A DNA stretch of 64,000 nt from NCBI RefSeq assembly GCF_009914755.1, contig NC_060925.1; one strand, given 5' to 3'. Below, piece by piece: positions 15,876-32,005 of this stretch; within the stretch, counting starts at the first letter, position 1, and each line of letters starts with the position of its first letter. The translations under genes were made by a program, and so were the position numbers. Under the pieces are notes generated by a model. That model had not been told where the DNA came from and ran no database searches. It was given only the letters and a program-made list of their open reading frames with translations. This DNA is from the human T2T-CHM13v2.0 reference genome, Homo sapiens.

Positions 15876-16291
15876 TTACTGATCGAAAGTTTGTATACTC
15901 CCAATATTCATATTTTGAAGCCCAAATCCTCAATGTGATTGTATCTGGAGGTTGGGTCTATGAGAGATAATTAGGTTTGAAAGAAGTACTGAGCATAAAG
16001 CCCCCATGATGAAACTGGTGTTTAGAAAATTAAAAAAAAAAACAAAAAAAAACAAAGGAAGAAAGACCAGTGCTGACTCTCTCCCTGTGTGCACAATAAA
16101 GAGATCATGAAGGGGCTCAGCAAGATAGCAGCAGCCTACAAGCCAAGAGAAGAAGCCTCAGAATAAAGATTTATTTTTCTGGCACCTGGAACTTGGATTT
16201 CTGAGTCTTAGAAGAGTGAGACATAAATTTCCACTGTTTAAGCCACACAGCCTATGGTATTTTATAATGGCAGTCCAAGAAGACTAAGACA
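15876..16291 (+). mobile_element. MLT1A/MST-type MaLR solo LTR inserted in the L1
   Basis: attcatattttgaagccc, ctggcacctggaacttggatt and tttaagccacacagcctatggtatttt, ending gactaagaca. Confidence 0.8.
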
Positions 16292-19200
16292 ACTTAGTTT
16301 TAACCTAGAACAATATGATTTGGATTAATACAACTTAATTTTAATACCATGTGAAAACTTTGTTTCAATGTTTTTGTGTTCTTTCTACCCTTTCTATAAT
16401 AGCATTGTCATAAACATTTCATCTTTATACATTACAAACCCATTACAAACCTTTTGTTTACCTGGGAATGTATTAATTTATCTTTTATTTCTGAAAATAG
16501 TTTTGTGGTGTATAGAATTTGTGTTTTACATTATTTCTTTTGGAGTACTTTGTATATGTTGTCCTACTGCCTTCTACTGTCATTGTGTCTGGTGATAAGT
16601 CTGTTGTTAATGATACTGATGCTCCCAGTCACCTTTCCTTTGCTGCTTTCAAGATTGTGTCTTTGTAATTTGGTTTTTCAAAGTTTGACTGTGATGTGTT
16701 TAGTTGTAGACCTTTCAGTTTATCTTACTTGGGGTCTTTTCAGTTTTCAGATGAGTAGATTAATTTTTTTTCTACAATGTGGGGGTGTTTTAGCTATTAT
16801 TTATTCAAATATTTTTCTACCCCTTTGTCAAACTCTTCTCTTATTCTTCAATGACTCCTATCATATACATGCTAGTAGCTTGATAGTGTTCCCTACTTCT
16901 CTGAGGCTGTATTCATTTCCATCCATTCTTTATTCTTTCAGTTTTTCAGAATAATCTTGATTAACCTATCTCCAATTGGTTGATTATTTTTTATACTCAC
17001 TTAAATATGCCTTTGAATCCTTCCAATGTTTCTTTTTTATTTCAATACTGTAATTTTCAACTGAAGAATAACTATTAAGTGATTTGTATAATTTCCATTT
17101 TTATTGATATTTTCTATTGGAAAGACATTGTTCTCATAATTTTCCTTATAATTTGTTAGACATGGTCTCATTTAGTGTTTTGGAAATATTTATAATAGCT
17201 GATTTACAGTCTTTGCCTGGTACAAAGTAAAACATCTGGGCTTCCTCAGGGACAGTTTCTATTAACTACTTTATTCCACTGCTTTATTCAGTCATGCTTT
17301 ACTTTTTGTTTGTAAATCTCTTTGGTTATTATTGAAAATTGGACATTTTAAATAATAAAAGTAGGTATTATGAAAATAAAATTTCCCTTTCCCCTCCCCA
17401 GGGTTTGCTTTTGTTGATGCTACTTCTTTTTGTTGATTTTATTGCTTATTTAAACTAAATCTGTAAACTGTGAATTATTTGCTGTGTATGGCCACTGAAG
17501 TCCTGCTTAGTTAGAGTAGTGGTCAGCTAATGATTGGACAGAGATTTTATTAAACATCTTGAACCAGTGAGGCTCCCACTCTTTGCTAAGGGCTTTGTGT
17601 GTATATTGAGACACATGTTAAACACTCCAGCAGTTTGTAACTGTATTAATTCTTACTTCCTGCTTGCAGCAGCCCTCACGGTCAGCCAAGGGGAGGAATA
17701 GAGCCTTCTCAGTCCTTTCCTGGGTTTTCACACACTCCTGCACATGATCATATCCTTCTAGACTCCCAGGAATACGTCGAGTTCTTCCAAGCCACCATGG
17801 ATGTCTCATTTGACAGATTTTCCTTTAAGTTTTTGCCAAGCTTCTTGTTTGTCCAACTAGTGTTGCCTCCTCAGGCAGCTGCAGTGTTAAGGCAGTGCTG
17901 CTGATTTTTCTTTCTTTCTATTTTATTTTTTATTTTTTTATTTTTTTGGACAAAACCCTGGGTATAGGGCTTTTATCACTAAGTGGACTCTGAGGCGGAT
18001 CAAATAAAGACAAGCCCTGGGAATGGAACTTTTTCAAGGACCTGGTAAACAGGTCAAATAGTAACAATTCTCTTGGGATGTAGCTTTTTGAGAAGTTTCA
18101 AACCTATTCTGTATCCTCTAGTCATTGCTAAACTGTTTATTTTCAAAGCTTGCTGGTTGCATGACTGATTGCTTTAAAGTCTACTACCCTAGAGCTGAAG
18201 AGAAAGGAGGGGAATAGAATAAGACAAAATGCTCAAACTTGCAGTTCTTCCCCCAGTTTAATCATTGTCCTTGAGTAAATACTCCTCATATTATAGCAAC
18301 CATTTAGTTAATTACCAGGACTCAAAAATAGTTGATATTGACTATTTGTGACAGTGTTCTTTTTCTTTTTAGAGATTTTTAGATGTCCTTACACTGCCAT
18401 TTCTAAAAGTAAAATAGAGCTTAACAGAAAAGATGAATCAATCTGAAACGTATAATTAACAAGCAAATTTTATTTTAAAAACCCATTAAATTTATGCTGA
18501 GAGATGATAAATTTAAATACAAAAATAAGTCACAAAGTAGCTTTTTTTCCGAGATATAAATAGTAATTTGAAGTGAGAAGGAATAAAATAAAGCTGTCTT
18601 AGATGGGAGTGTATTGGTAATTTGTGTACTCTAATAATGTCACAATTTTTCCATTTTAATTGTTCTTCTAAAAACTAAAAATATACATCCATGTAGCTGT
18701 GTTTGTACTAAAAAAATTATGTAGATGAAAATGAAGTTACTTTTATTCATAGAAAAATAATACATGCCTATGGTTAATCTTTTAGCCTTAATACAGCTTC
18801 TCTCAGAAAGTGAATAAATATACCCCAGAGGGCCATAGTGGTTTTGTGTTGGTGGTATTGAATAATCAACTAATCATTTTTTCAAGGTTGTTAATCAATT
18901 GTCTGACCTACAACCCTGATTGAATATTTTAAAAATTTCTACAGAAAATTTTACCTAATAAGTCCCTGGATACCTCTGAACAGTTACGAATGAATATTTT
19001 TCTAAAGGACTATTTGAGATTGTACTCATATATAAAAGCTCTTTAGCAAATGAAGTACTGTCTTTAACCATCATATACACTAGTCATCTTGCATGACCCT
19101 GATTGTTTGCCTTGCCTCTATTCAATTAACCTGTCACCCAATGCTCCAACAAAGGACACAGAGCATTACACATCATAAATGGCTTTCAAGTGAGCTCACT

Positions 19201-20111
19201 CAGCTGTGATAAATACATTATGTGGGCCTCATGCAGAAGGAGAACTCATAAAGATACAATACTCCTGCCCCTTTATGTTGCTTACATTCCTCTCAATAAT
19301 CCAATTCACCATGCTCTCTCAACACCCAGCAATTCCTCTCAGTCAAAACAAGTGATCATATCAAAAAGAAAAAAAAATGGAGTTTGTTATGCTACATTCC
19401 AGTCACATTTATTCTCTTATTTCAGGGAAGCCTACAAATGACTAATAAGTTAAGAAACTACACTAAATATGTATGTAAATATTCTTTAGAATTTTTTTCT
19501 GAAACCATGTATTCGTTATCACTAGCAGGTATTTTACATATAGCTTTCTAAATATAAAACATGCATGGTTTCCTATTCTGCATTAGTATGTTTGAATAGA
19601 TAAATTTTTTAATGCTCAGAAGATGTTGTCAGCATTTTGTTTCTTTTTAATTTGAGAATTACTTTACAGCTTTATATAGTGAGGGCAATGTGTACAAAGG
19701 TTAAGAGTGATGGTGACACATTAAAGCGAATTCTTTAACTTGCTGACTTTGGAGTATTCAAGATCATCATCTCATTGGTGATCATGCTTGGGTAATGCAT
19801 TTGAAAAGCTATCTTTTTTTTTAACTTTAAAGAGTTACTTTCTGCTTCATTGTTTTGCTTATGTAAATATAATTAATTCATTAACTGTTGCCATAAAGCA
19901 ATGCAACTGATATTAAGTGATTTTTCTACATGGAATTTCAGAAATTATTTTTTTAATTTCCCAATTAAGGGCCGATTTACTGCTAATCATAGAGCCATCT
20001 GTGTGAAACTCAGTGCCCTTCAGTCTGAAAAATGAGGAGCTTGTATTCTGTATGAGGAGGAAAAATGCAGCCCGTCTTTCCCCTGAGGAGAAAGCTTTGA
20101 AATTCAACGAT

Positions 20112-20275
20112 TCTGGAATTTGAATCCCAGAATAGCACTTACTACCTGTCTGACCTTTATTGAGTTTTTTTTTTTACCTATCCCAGCTTCAATTTCTTTA
20201 ATTGAAACCCAAAGTTGATAGTATTGTTTATCTTATAGGTCACTTGTGAAGATAAAATGAGATAATGAGCATAAA
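20112..20275 (+). mobile_element. MIR
   Basis: tttgaatcccag, tgtctgacctt and ttgtgaagataaaatgagataatg core motifs. Confidence 0.65.
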
Positions 20276-20871
20276 ATTCCTAAAGTCTTGAAAAGTATGA
20301 TACATTTTATCCATCTATCATCTATCTATCTATCCCCCCTTTTTAAGTCACTCTTCTGTATTTCTCTCTCTCTCACACACACACACACAGTGTAAAACAA
20401 ATAAATAGAACACACTGTATTGGGACAAGTCATCACATCTTCTTTGCCTGAAAAAAAGATTCTAGTTATTTCATTACTATCAGTGTTTATAGAAATCCTA
20501 TTGTCAAATGATTGTAAAAAATAAAATGAAATGACTAATGACTCAGCTATGTTTTGAAAAGGCATTAAATTCTCAGTGATTTGAGGTTTCTTTCTTTATC
20601 CATTACATGTTTTATTTTTTCACAAACTGTCTAATTGCAAGATCACTATGGAATATTAATGTATGAACTGAAAGCAGCTATATTTAGTTAACCCTTCAGT
20701 AAACCATAAAGAAAATCTACTAAATCAGGACAAGGACTGGTAGTTTACTAAGTTTTTTTTTTCTTAAATCACTGTTGTTATTGTCATATTATTATAAATT
20801 CCCTGCTGACTATACACCTTTATATTAGTATTTACATTAACACTTAGGAATTTAGCTGTCTGAGCCATAAA

Positions 20872-22300
<1,429 letters not shown>

Positions 22301-25300
22301 AAACTGATATATCTCTTATCATTCAAGATTATTCAAGGCTTTCTCTTTTCTTAGACATCTCTGTTAGTCACAAATTACTTCATGTATTGAAAATACATTG
22401 TTGTCTAATTAAAAGTTTTAAAATCAACCAATCAGCATAGGATGATTTTGTTTGCCTAATGGAAAAACTATTAGAATTTAAAAAATCAAAACAACATAGA
22501 TAACTGGTTCTGAAATATGTGTATCCAAAAATTATGTGAGGATCCTTTTAATATGTAGATGATTATGATTCATGAGTACTTGTGGATGGGTCCAGAAATT
22601 TTGTATTTGAATAACAGGCAACAACTCAGTGCCCATTCAGAAGTTTTAGTTTAACTGAGGAAGAGGGTCAAGCAAGCCCAGAATTAAGCAGGAAGGGGCC
22701 AGAGTTTTATCTGTATAAAGGCATATTGAACAAGGTGCGATCCAGAATATCATTGGCATGATGAGGATGAATGTTCTCAGTGAAGTTGACTAAAGCAAGA
22801 ACTGCAGCTCTGGCAAACTAGTAACAAGCCAGGGACCTGGCAAACCAAGAAGCAGAAAAACCTATACTAGACAGATAAAAAGTGAGCAGTTGATCCCAGG
22901 AGAGACTGTGCTTTTGAAAATCAATAAAAAATAGATGTATTGTTATTCATTATGATGATGATGATGATTATTATTAATTTTTTCTAATCTGGAGACTATC
23001 AAGTAAATGGACGCATCTCTTTCCACATATTCCTAAGCTTATTCATTGTCTCTTTTTATTTCCTCCTTCATTGAATATTTAATCAAAATTGCTACTAAAT
23101 CTTTTTTGTCACTGACATTTTAGCTAGACTGCAATCATCTGTCAAGAATTACAATTTTAGTTCATTTCTTTGTGTCATGCATGTATAGCTTAGCTCCTGG
23201 CATACAATTTAAAACTTTATTTCTTTATATGTGCTTAAGAACATTATCAGAAAACTGCACTTTTTTCCTCTAGCTCAGCTCTTAGGAATCCCTAGAATTA
23301 AAAACTAATCATCTAAAATCATCAAGACCACTTGTACTTATTGAAGGCCATATGAATTATGTACCTGACTGTGAGCCTAACGTATTTTGATTATTTGGAG
23401 TAAATATATTACTGGTTCTTTCTCCCACTGTGAAAATTGTCCTAAAATACAAAGCTAAAGCTATTCTTTGTAAAATAGTTATTTTCATATATTCATGCAT
23501 ATGGAAACATTCTTTTCATAGAGTTGTTCAACACTGTATGAAAATGTCTTTCTAATAATATCATCAAAGGCAACAATAACTTGTTCTGAATATGAAAAGT
23601 TTAAGCTCATATTAATGGTTAATAAATAACATATTTCCTTACAAAATTTTACATTTATTAGCATCTATACTTATCATTTTTGGCAATTCAAAAATGTCTA
23701 AAAAGACTATAAAAAGAGTATAACAACTATAATAAATCATAGCTATAAAAATGATTGACACTGAGAAAATGCAATGTGTATATTAATCCCAGGGAAGAAT
23801 ATTTAAACATCTTAAATTTAATCTATGTATTTGTTATAGAAAATCATTTGAGAAAAGATACGTCACCAAAACACAGTGTTTGAGGTATTTGCATCAGAGT
23901 TTACTAACTAGGTGATTTTACTGTTTTTAAAATGAGAAAATACGATAGTACTTAATGTTATATATTTTTAAAAATAAGTAGACCATAGCTTCTGTAAAAT
24001 AAGGAAGTAACATAGTGATATAAAAATTAGCATCAAGGTTTTACATTATTATTTTCCTTTCTATTTGCTGGTTCCTGCTGATATAGTAAGTGTGTTAATT
24101 TTAGGTAGAGTAAAACTAAGATATACTAAATATATTGAATTACTGAAAATATTGAAATAACCACATATATCTTGCCATGATAATGAATTCCTAAGCCAAA
24201 TAATAAAAATCTATATTCTGGAGTTTAAATGAATCTGTGAATCAGAAATTGATTTTATTCTTTCTGAAAAATTTGTTTCAAGTAGTTTTAATTTAATAGT
24301 TTAATAGTCTTTACCACATAACTACAAAATATGGATTATTAATTTCCACAAAACTAACCTTAAGATATTTGATGCAAATTAGCTAATCAAATTTTTGAAA
24401 ACTAACATCAATAAATACATTTCAAAATCAGTAAATTGCAAGGTAAGTCAGTTATCAAATATTTTATGTGCTTGTCTTTTCCAGGAATTCATTATTTCTT
24501 TTCACTTGTTGGAAAATCAGGGGAATCTTAGCTATAGGTTGAGAATTCATACTCAAAGAGTAAAGAGAAGCCTTCGAAAAACAAAAGATAGAGTTTCAAA
24601 GAAAATGGTGGCAAGTCAAGCAGGTCAAAAGCTCTAGACTGGATGTGAAATTATTGCAAATGCTATGTCAGCAGAGTAATAGGGATTGAAGTCGAACTGC
24701 ATAGATTGAGAAGGAAGAAAGTAAATATAAAAGGTAGGACTCAAATATCAGAAATATAAGAGGTGCTTTGGAAATTTTCATAAAAATTTAATAATAAAGG
24801 GAAAGGTATAAAGAGAGAGCTTGAGAGAGAGGAGATGGTACTTAGAGAAACTGCTGGGAAAGACAAGACAAAATATTTCAATAAGCTACTGACAGAGAAG
24901 AAAGGAGAGAAGAAAGATAAAAAGAAAAGAATATTTAAAATTTTTTTTTTTATATTTCAGACAGTCCTCTTTATTTTTTTAGGAGAATGAAATCCCCTGA
25001 GAAGATCCCCTACCATAGATTTTTAATAACGATCCCCAAATATTCATGAGAAAACATGCTTCTTCCATAAACTTTCATAAAAGAACAGGCACACAATAAA
25101 TATCCGTTGCATAGAAACATGAAGTTAGGTAGTGCTTTCTCTTCATGTGGCCCTTTTCTTTAAGTTTATGAACCTCACCTCAGGTATTTAATAATTTAAA
25201 ATATCAGGAGTGAGAAAGGTTTGAACAAAGAGAAATGGCAAAGAAAGTTGGAGACAAGCTGGAGAGAAAATGAAGTATTTATACTTTATTTGTCTATTTA

Positions 25301-25312
25301 TGTCTCCCACTG

Positions 25313-25781
25313 AGGGGGACTGATTGCAAAAATGGCTTTAATTCTTCACAAACTCTATATCCATACCATTTAAATATGATTTTACAATGCTTTTCATCAA
25401 GAGGCAGTCGACCTCCCATTCTGTAAATGTAAGTTGGCCTTATGGCTTTGCCTGAAAGTGTGACAGTTCTAAGTCTTGTCCAAAAGACTTTGCAAACTTT
25501 CTTCCCATGTCCCCGCCTCCTGTCTTCACCAAGAGGACATACATAGGATAGCTTTCTCCTGGATGTCTGCTTAGGCTGTTACAATAAGCCCAACTAGTCT
25601 GCTGGAGTACTAGAAATAGCATGATGCAAATATAAGTTGTCCTACCTAAGATCATTTTAGATCAGCAAAACCACACTGTTGATCCACAGACTAATAAAAA
25701 AAATAAATATTTATCACAGTATGCCACCCAGCATTTTGTGGTTAGACATTAGGTAGTATTGTTGTTGCTATTTATAACACA
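25313..25781 (+). mobile_element. Old MLT1 (G/H-like) solo LTR
   Basis: gattgcaaaaatggc...ttcttc, catcaagagg and ttggccttatggctttgcc motifs. Confidence 0.6.
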
Positions 25782-26008
25782 CATCTAATCAAAACCAATA
25801 TATCTTTGAAAGAGAAGCAGTACTTTGTTTAAAGTTGTAGCCCCAGAATCTATCATAGCCCCTAAGACAATAGATTAATTTCAAATTGTATTTGTTTTAT
25901 GAATGAATTATGACAGATGGATGGATGAATTTATAAATAAATGAGATATTTTAGAAAATGTAAATACCAGAAGTTTCCTACTGGCTATTAAGAAAAGACA
26001 GAGTCCAA

Positions 26009-26136
26009 CCGAGGCGGGTGGATCGCTTGAGGTCAGGAGTTCGAGACCATGGCCATGACCCCATCTCTACTAAAAATACAAAATTACCTGGGCGTGGTGG
26101 TGCGTATGTAGTCCCAGCTATTTGGGAGACTGAGAC
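26009..26136 (+). mobile_element. Doubly truncated internal Alu fragment
   Basis: Runs from ccgaggcgggtggatc to gggagactgagac. No Alu 5' end, tail or TSD. Confidence 0.85.
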
Positions 26137-28049
26137 ATGTATAAACTGATGTTATTTTAGGATAGATATAGAGGTTTTAAAAGAGTTTTCTTTTTAATTA
26201 ATTAATTTTATTCTTATTTGCTTTCCACAGTAAATCTGTGTGTCAGTTAAGTATGTATACGCACACTTCATAGACATGAAAAAGATATTTTAGGGAGATT
26301 ATACTAATCTCCTATGTCCAAGACTCAAACCAAAGTATTCTAATATAAAATATACCTATCTTTCCATTATTATCATAAAGACCAACTGCTCTAAAAAAAG
26401 AAACTTAGAAGAATGACAGATATTGAAGGACTTCAATGAGAGACACTGATTACTATTTAAGAAAGAAAATGCTAAAGCAACATCCTGCCATATGAAATAA
26501 TATAAAAGATAAAAGTGATTGCATGGTACATAATAACACATAAATCATCTTTTTTACTAATTTAAATATATTTAATATAAATACTATTCTTTTCTTGGCC
26601 TTAGATATTACAAATTACTAAAAACAAAGAAAAAACGTGAAATCAAATCTAGTATTTACAACATTGGAGCTAATTAAGATTTTTTTGTTATTTAAAAAAG
26701 TATTTCCTTGAAATCATTTGGCCACTGGTGTATTCTACATTCCTTTTTCCAAAATTTTGAGATATTATTAAAATACTCCCTATTCGATGTTATTTTCCTT
26801 TCAATTTTCTTTCTTAAAAGTCAATACAACAAAAACTAAAAAGTCAATACATGTAAGTAGTAAATATATGTAATAATACAAATAAAAGTTGAGGACATGA
26901 ATGTGGCTATGCCTAAATAAAAGTAAAATATTTTTAAAATTATCTTCACACAGCAATGGTTTATTGAAAATTGTTACATATACTTGATTCACATAAAGAC
27001 CTACAAAGAAACAGATCACCTCCTGATATCACCTCTATCTTCCATGCCTACCAAAAGGTACCCAGAATCTATGGATCAGCAATTACAAATCTATGAAGAT
27101 AATCTGATAATGTCGTTGAAAGTCTCTTTAGAGATTTCTTGTTCTAATTATATATTTCTCAGCAGATGTCCCAGAAGTCTGTAATAAATACAAACTGCAA
27201 AATGAGTTGTACTCTATTAACATTCCCCTTTTCTCACCCACCTGACCACCAGCACTGAAACTCACTTTTTTCCAAGACCAATTTTTAAAATTTATAACAC
27301 ATTTAGTTTCCCCCATCTCCCCAATCCAGATTTTCTAAACTGTCTCTTATTGACAACCCCCTAGCTCTTTCTGTTCTATAAAAGCAGATTAGACCAACCT
27401 ATTTTTGGGGAAAAATATCTTAGAAAAAGGACCCTGGATCCTCTAGTTTTATTTGAAACATAAGAATAAAATTTTGGTGAGAGAGTAGCACTCAATAGAA
27501 TAGGTAATATAATTGCATGACAACAATTTTAAGACATGAAAAAATGAGAGCACACTCATTACAAGGTATTTCTTTTACATATTTACCCATCAATGTCAAA
27601 AAAATTTTAAAATAGCTATTAGTAGGAGACAGATTGTTACAAGATGAGGATGTGACAATAATAACTAAAATGCTACCTTGACTAATGGTGCATAGAATTC
27701 GGTGGAGGTGACAAATAAGCATACAAGAACTAAAAGGATGATATAAGCCTTTAAGGGTGGGCAGTCTCATGTAATTATCATATATTTTAATAACATGGAA
27801 TTAATTAAACCAGGAAGGGAGGAAAGAATAAAGGGGTAGAAAAACAATGCTTATTCTTACTTTACATACACTGTGAACAACCCAGACCACAAAACCCTCC
27901 AAGGCTCCTTATAGAGAACGATCAGAAAAATGATCCTAGATGGTAGAGAAATGGTTATTAAATGTTCAGCATAGATAACTCCAATTCACACGTTTAAAAT
28001 TCTCTTCAGATGTCAAATCACGTAGACCTCATGGTTTCTTATCTTTCAG

Positions 28050-28680
28050 CATCTGTCTCAGCTATCAAAGTGGTACATGACCCCAACTTCAAGGAGTTAA
28101 GGTCCAAATACAATTAGAGGCAACAGTCCCTGAAAAGCCACCCTCACTTCTGACACCAACTGCACATTTTCAGGTTTCCCAAAACCACCCTGAGGTTCAA
28201 TAAGTCATTAGTAAGACTTACAGAACTCATTGAAAGCTATTCTACACAGTTATGCTTATTACAGAGAAAGAATACAGAAAATCAACAAAGGCAGGCATGT
28301 ATAGGGCAGCCTGAGAAGGTACCAAACGTGAATCTTTTATTTTCCTCATGATGCATTATTCTCCTAGAATAATGTAAAACCATGTACCTGGAGTGTTGCC
28401 AACCCATGATGCTCACCAGAACTTTGTTGTCCATAGTTTTTATGAAGACTTTATTGCATAGGTATGATTGATTAATATGTTGCCCATGTGGTTGAACTCA
28501 GTCTGTAAGTCAACTGATACCACGGGGCCCAAGCTCCTACACTGAATCCTATGCTTTGTCGTTTTTACATGGCCGGTTTCACTCTGACTACTGAGTATGG
28601 CCAGCTCATAGAGCCATCTTGTTACCATAATATATCAGATGAGGTTCTAGGGGCTCACATAAATGACAAAGCTATTCCCA
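28050..28680. mobile_element. MER21-like LTR
   Basis: ccctcacttctgacaccaactgca, cccaaaaccaccctgaggttcaataa and cagaactcattgaaagct match my recollection of MER21. Confidence 0.65.
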
Positions 28681-29181
28681 CTAAGTTCTAAGTTCTAAGC
28701 ACTATGACCTCCTAGCATAGTGACTTTAATAATAACTAGAGAAATTATATAAAAAGTAATAGAAAAACTATTTAATGTTATAAAATTACCTTTAATATGA
28801 CGAGAGACATATCTCCTTTATGTCATTAGAGGGAAAGAAGTACAACCATACAGTAAAAACAGAAGTGAAAGTGAGTAATAGGAAATATAAATATAGACAT
28901 ACTGAAAATGACTTCTCTGGGAGGATGCTTATACCGATATTGGTGGGAGATTTTTAATGAGTGGTGGACTTTTAGCGGATTTTGTACCTTTTCATAATCT
29001 CGTTTTGTATTGGCTGAAAATAAAGCCTGGCAATATATCTATTCTATAATATGTCATATATATGACATATATAGTAGATGTATCTATTTAAAGAAAGTTA
29101 ATAAAAGAAGGTTTTGATATATTAAATTTTTCTATTTAGATAAGTGGTTGAAATGTAAACATTCTTAAAATTAAGGCATAT

Positions 29182-29359
29182 TTGTACTGTAAATACATAG
29201 AACTGTAGTTATTTTCTAGGAAAATTATTCTTTTACTTTAACAGAAAATCAACCATATTACCAATGCTACTTGTACTGTGACTACATAGAACTGTAGATA
29301 TTTTCTAGGAAAAGTAGTCTTGTAATTTACCAGAAAAATAACCATATTACCAATGCTTT
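29182..29359. repeat. 89-bp tandem duplication, 2 copies
   Basis: 29182-29270 versus 29271-29359, about 12 mismatches and no gaps. Confidence 0.92.
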
Positions 29360-29711
29360 CATACATACCAAATGTTTTATTCTTAAAAATTAAGCATGTA
29401 GTTGCTTTAATGTAAAGTACAATAAGTGCACTTATTGTAGACATATTGAAGTCCCACATGTACATATATTGAATATTAAAATAATTCATAGGTAATAAAT
29501 ATTTGAGAAAAAATTGACTTTTAAAAGGAAAAGAATGATAGAGAATGTTCGGCATGGATTGAACTAGAGAAGTTCTTTCTAATCTAGGAACTTCTTATAA
29601 CTCCTGATGGGCTTTGCAGATTGTAACTTAGACTCCTGTTTCCTCTCCCATAAATAAGGGAGTTTTGTAAAGTTTCCATCTACTTCTGGTAGATTAAAGT
29701 CAATACAACTT

Positions 29712-29755
29712 AGATAGATAGATGATAGATAGATAGATAGATAGGTAGGTAGATA
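29712..29755. repeat. (GATA)n/(GGTA)n microsatellite
   Basis: Seen directly. Confidence 0.92.
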
Positions 29756-32005
29756 AAGAAATTGTAATACAAAATATTTTCTATTAACAAATTCTATTTC
29801 ATCTTTAGCAAAATCTTTTTGGTTTTCTTTCTTCATGTTCTATGGCAAAATACTCACATTTGTTTAACTTGGTACTTGATATTTTTCTGTAGTTGAAGTC
29901 AATTGCTTAATAAGTTCGCCTTTAATCTTTCTAAAGCTAATTTAGGTTTTTAAAAAATGTATCGTATCTGACAACATTTACCTTTTACTTTAATGCACAT
30001 GCAGTCAGTCTGCTAGACATCAGTGCCTTATTTCTGGCCATTTTTCTGGCCTTATCACCTATGAATATCCTTCTGTCTATGCCTTATCATGCAATTATAC
30101 AGTCGCTAGTGGTTTCTTTCTCTTCTCAGAGTAGTACTGACTCTACCATATCAGTGTGACAGGTTACACATTTCTAACAGAAATGTGCAATGGTGACTAT
30201 GGTGTTGACCAATAGTATGAGAAAGTTATCCATTTAAGATTGTTTCAACAAATCAAATGCTTTTCAAACTATAATGTTTATTTCAACAATAAAGAATGTT
30301 AAATCACCAAAACACATATAATTGTATCAATATACAATTGTAAGAGTAAAGATTTTTTTAAAAGCAATGATAGCATATGATTTGAGCATCTCCTTTTCTC
30401 TCACTGGGAATAAGCTAGCCTGACACAGTTACTTGAATAATTCATGAGAGAAGAATAAAAGATTTATCAATAAAAAACAGGGTCAAGTTCTATTGAGGAG
30501 CTTTGGAATATAAGTATATGCTAGAGCAGCTTCAGAAGAGAGTTATATATTTGAATGCTCAATTTAAATTTCCATCCACTGCAGGTCTTTATTAATAACT
30601 TAATATAAGCAATTCCCACCCCACCACAAAGTCTGTGATTTCAGAATCACTGATTTTTAAATGTTGCTCTTGGGAAAAATCTTCTCATGACTATAAAATA
30701 ATTTTTAACTATGTCAGTTTTTAAGAATCACTCCAGTATTCTTAACAAAATAGGAGAAGTGTTTCCTCCCTACAGAGGTACTTGCATAGCTTTACGTAGC
30801 ATGACGTTTCAGGAGAGACTACCAAATAGATTTCTTGTCATCTACATATGATGTGATGCTTTGCTCATATATGAATGAATATATTTATGCTACATATACT
30901 CATACCTGGTGAAGCTATAGGTGAACAAGACCACATGTGTGATTACACTGCAGGTATACATTTACCAGGAGAAGAACTGTCAATGAATGCTCCTGCATAC
31001 AGCAATCCTAACTACCATGACAGGTTGCTGCCAAGCAAACAGGGGCATTCCAGAGATAGCACAACTGCCAAAATGCAAGACAAATGTTTTTAGAATTAGT
31101 AATAAATCACATTAGCTGTCTCAAATTTCTCCTTAGTGTATTGATTAAAATTAAGTAATTAGTTAGAATTATAATATCGACACATATAAATGTTAAGCTT
31201 ATAGATAAAAGGAAATTGGCACTATGGATTCTCAGGGTGATGTTTAACAGTGATAGGGATGAACTGAATTTAGAAAACTCACCTGCTAAGCATCTTGAGA
31301 AATTACCACAAGTATTTTACACAAGCATTTTGACCATCACAATTTCCTTTGTAAAGGCTTTTGTTCTTGTTGTTTCTTTCAAATCCTTTCCTCCCAGGAA
31401 ATCTTCTGGCACAAGGCATGGTATAATGTTAAGTTGTTGGCCACTTTTAATCACATTGTCCTAAGAGTGCCATAGTGTCAGAGTACAGATTATTTAAAAC
31501 TTATCATTAACTCTTATTAATAATAGTGAACACACATATAAGAATTCACAAGACATATGTGTGATAATACACAACAGAAGGATTGTATTGGTCCTTAAAA
31601 TCATATAATGATTTTTATCACCATAATTGTCTGCATACATTTGACAGTTTATTGTTCATAAGTGGAAATGATGAAAGGCAGACTTTTGAGACTGGGAAGG
31701 CTAATGTCCCTAAAACAAGTTGTTCGTCATCCTATCCGTGGTTTCAATATCCTAACAATGCTGCAGAACTCTTTACAAGTTTTGTGCAGTTTAACAAATG
31801 TGAATTCATAGTATAGAGAACAAAATATAATCCTTAATATTCACTCAATCTTGTATTTCAATGAATAATTTAAAAATATAATATCACTATACATGACTAA
31901 CCTTCAAAACCAGATCGTTTTTAATCCTTGGGAATTTTTGCTCATTAACTTAGAATTGACTAGGAATAGCATATATACAAAAGAAATATTAAATTAAAAA
32001 CAATT

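Larger units (their letters stand above)
14690..18410 (-). mobile_element. Composite of old L1M fragments (ORF2, then more 5' parts)
   Basis: Antisense L1 motifs ggtctatgatccaattt, cagcatttgttgaaaa, gtcttgattaccattgctttgtagt and ctttgctgctttcaagatt. Boundaries are approximate. Confidence 0.7.
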
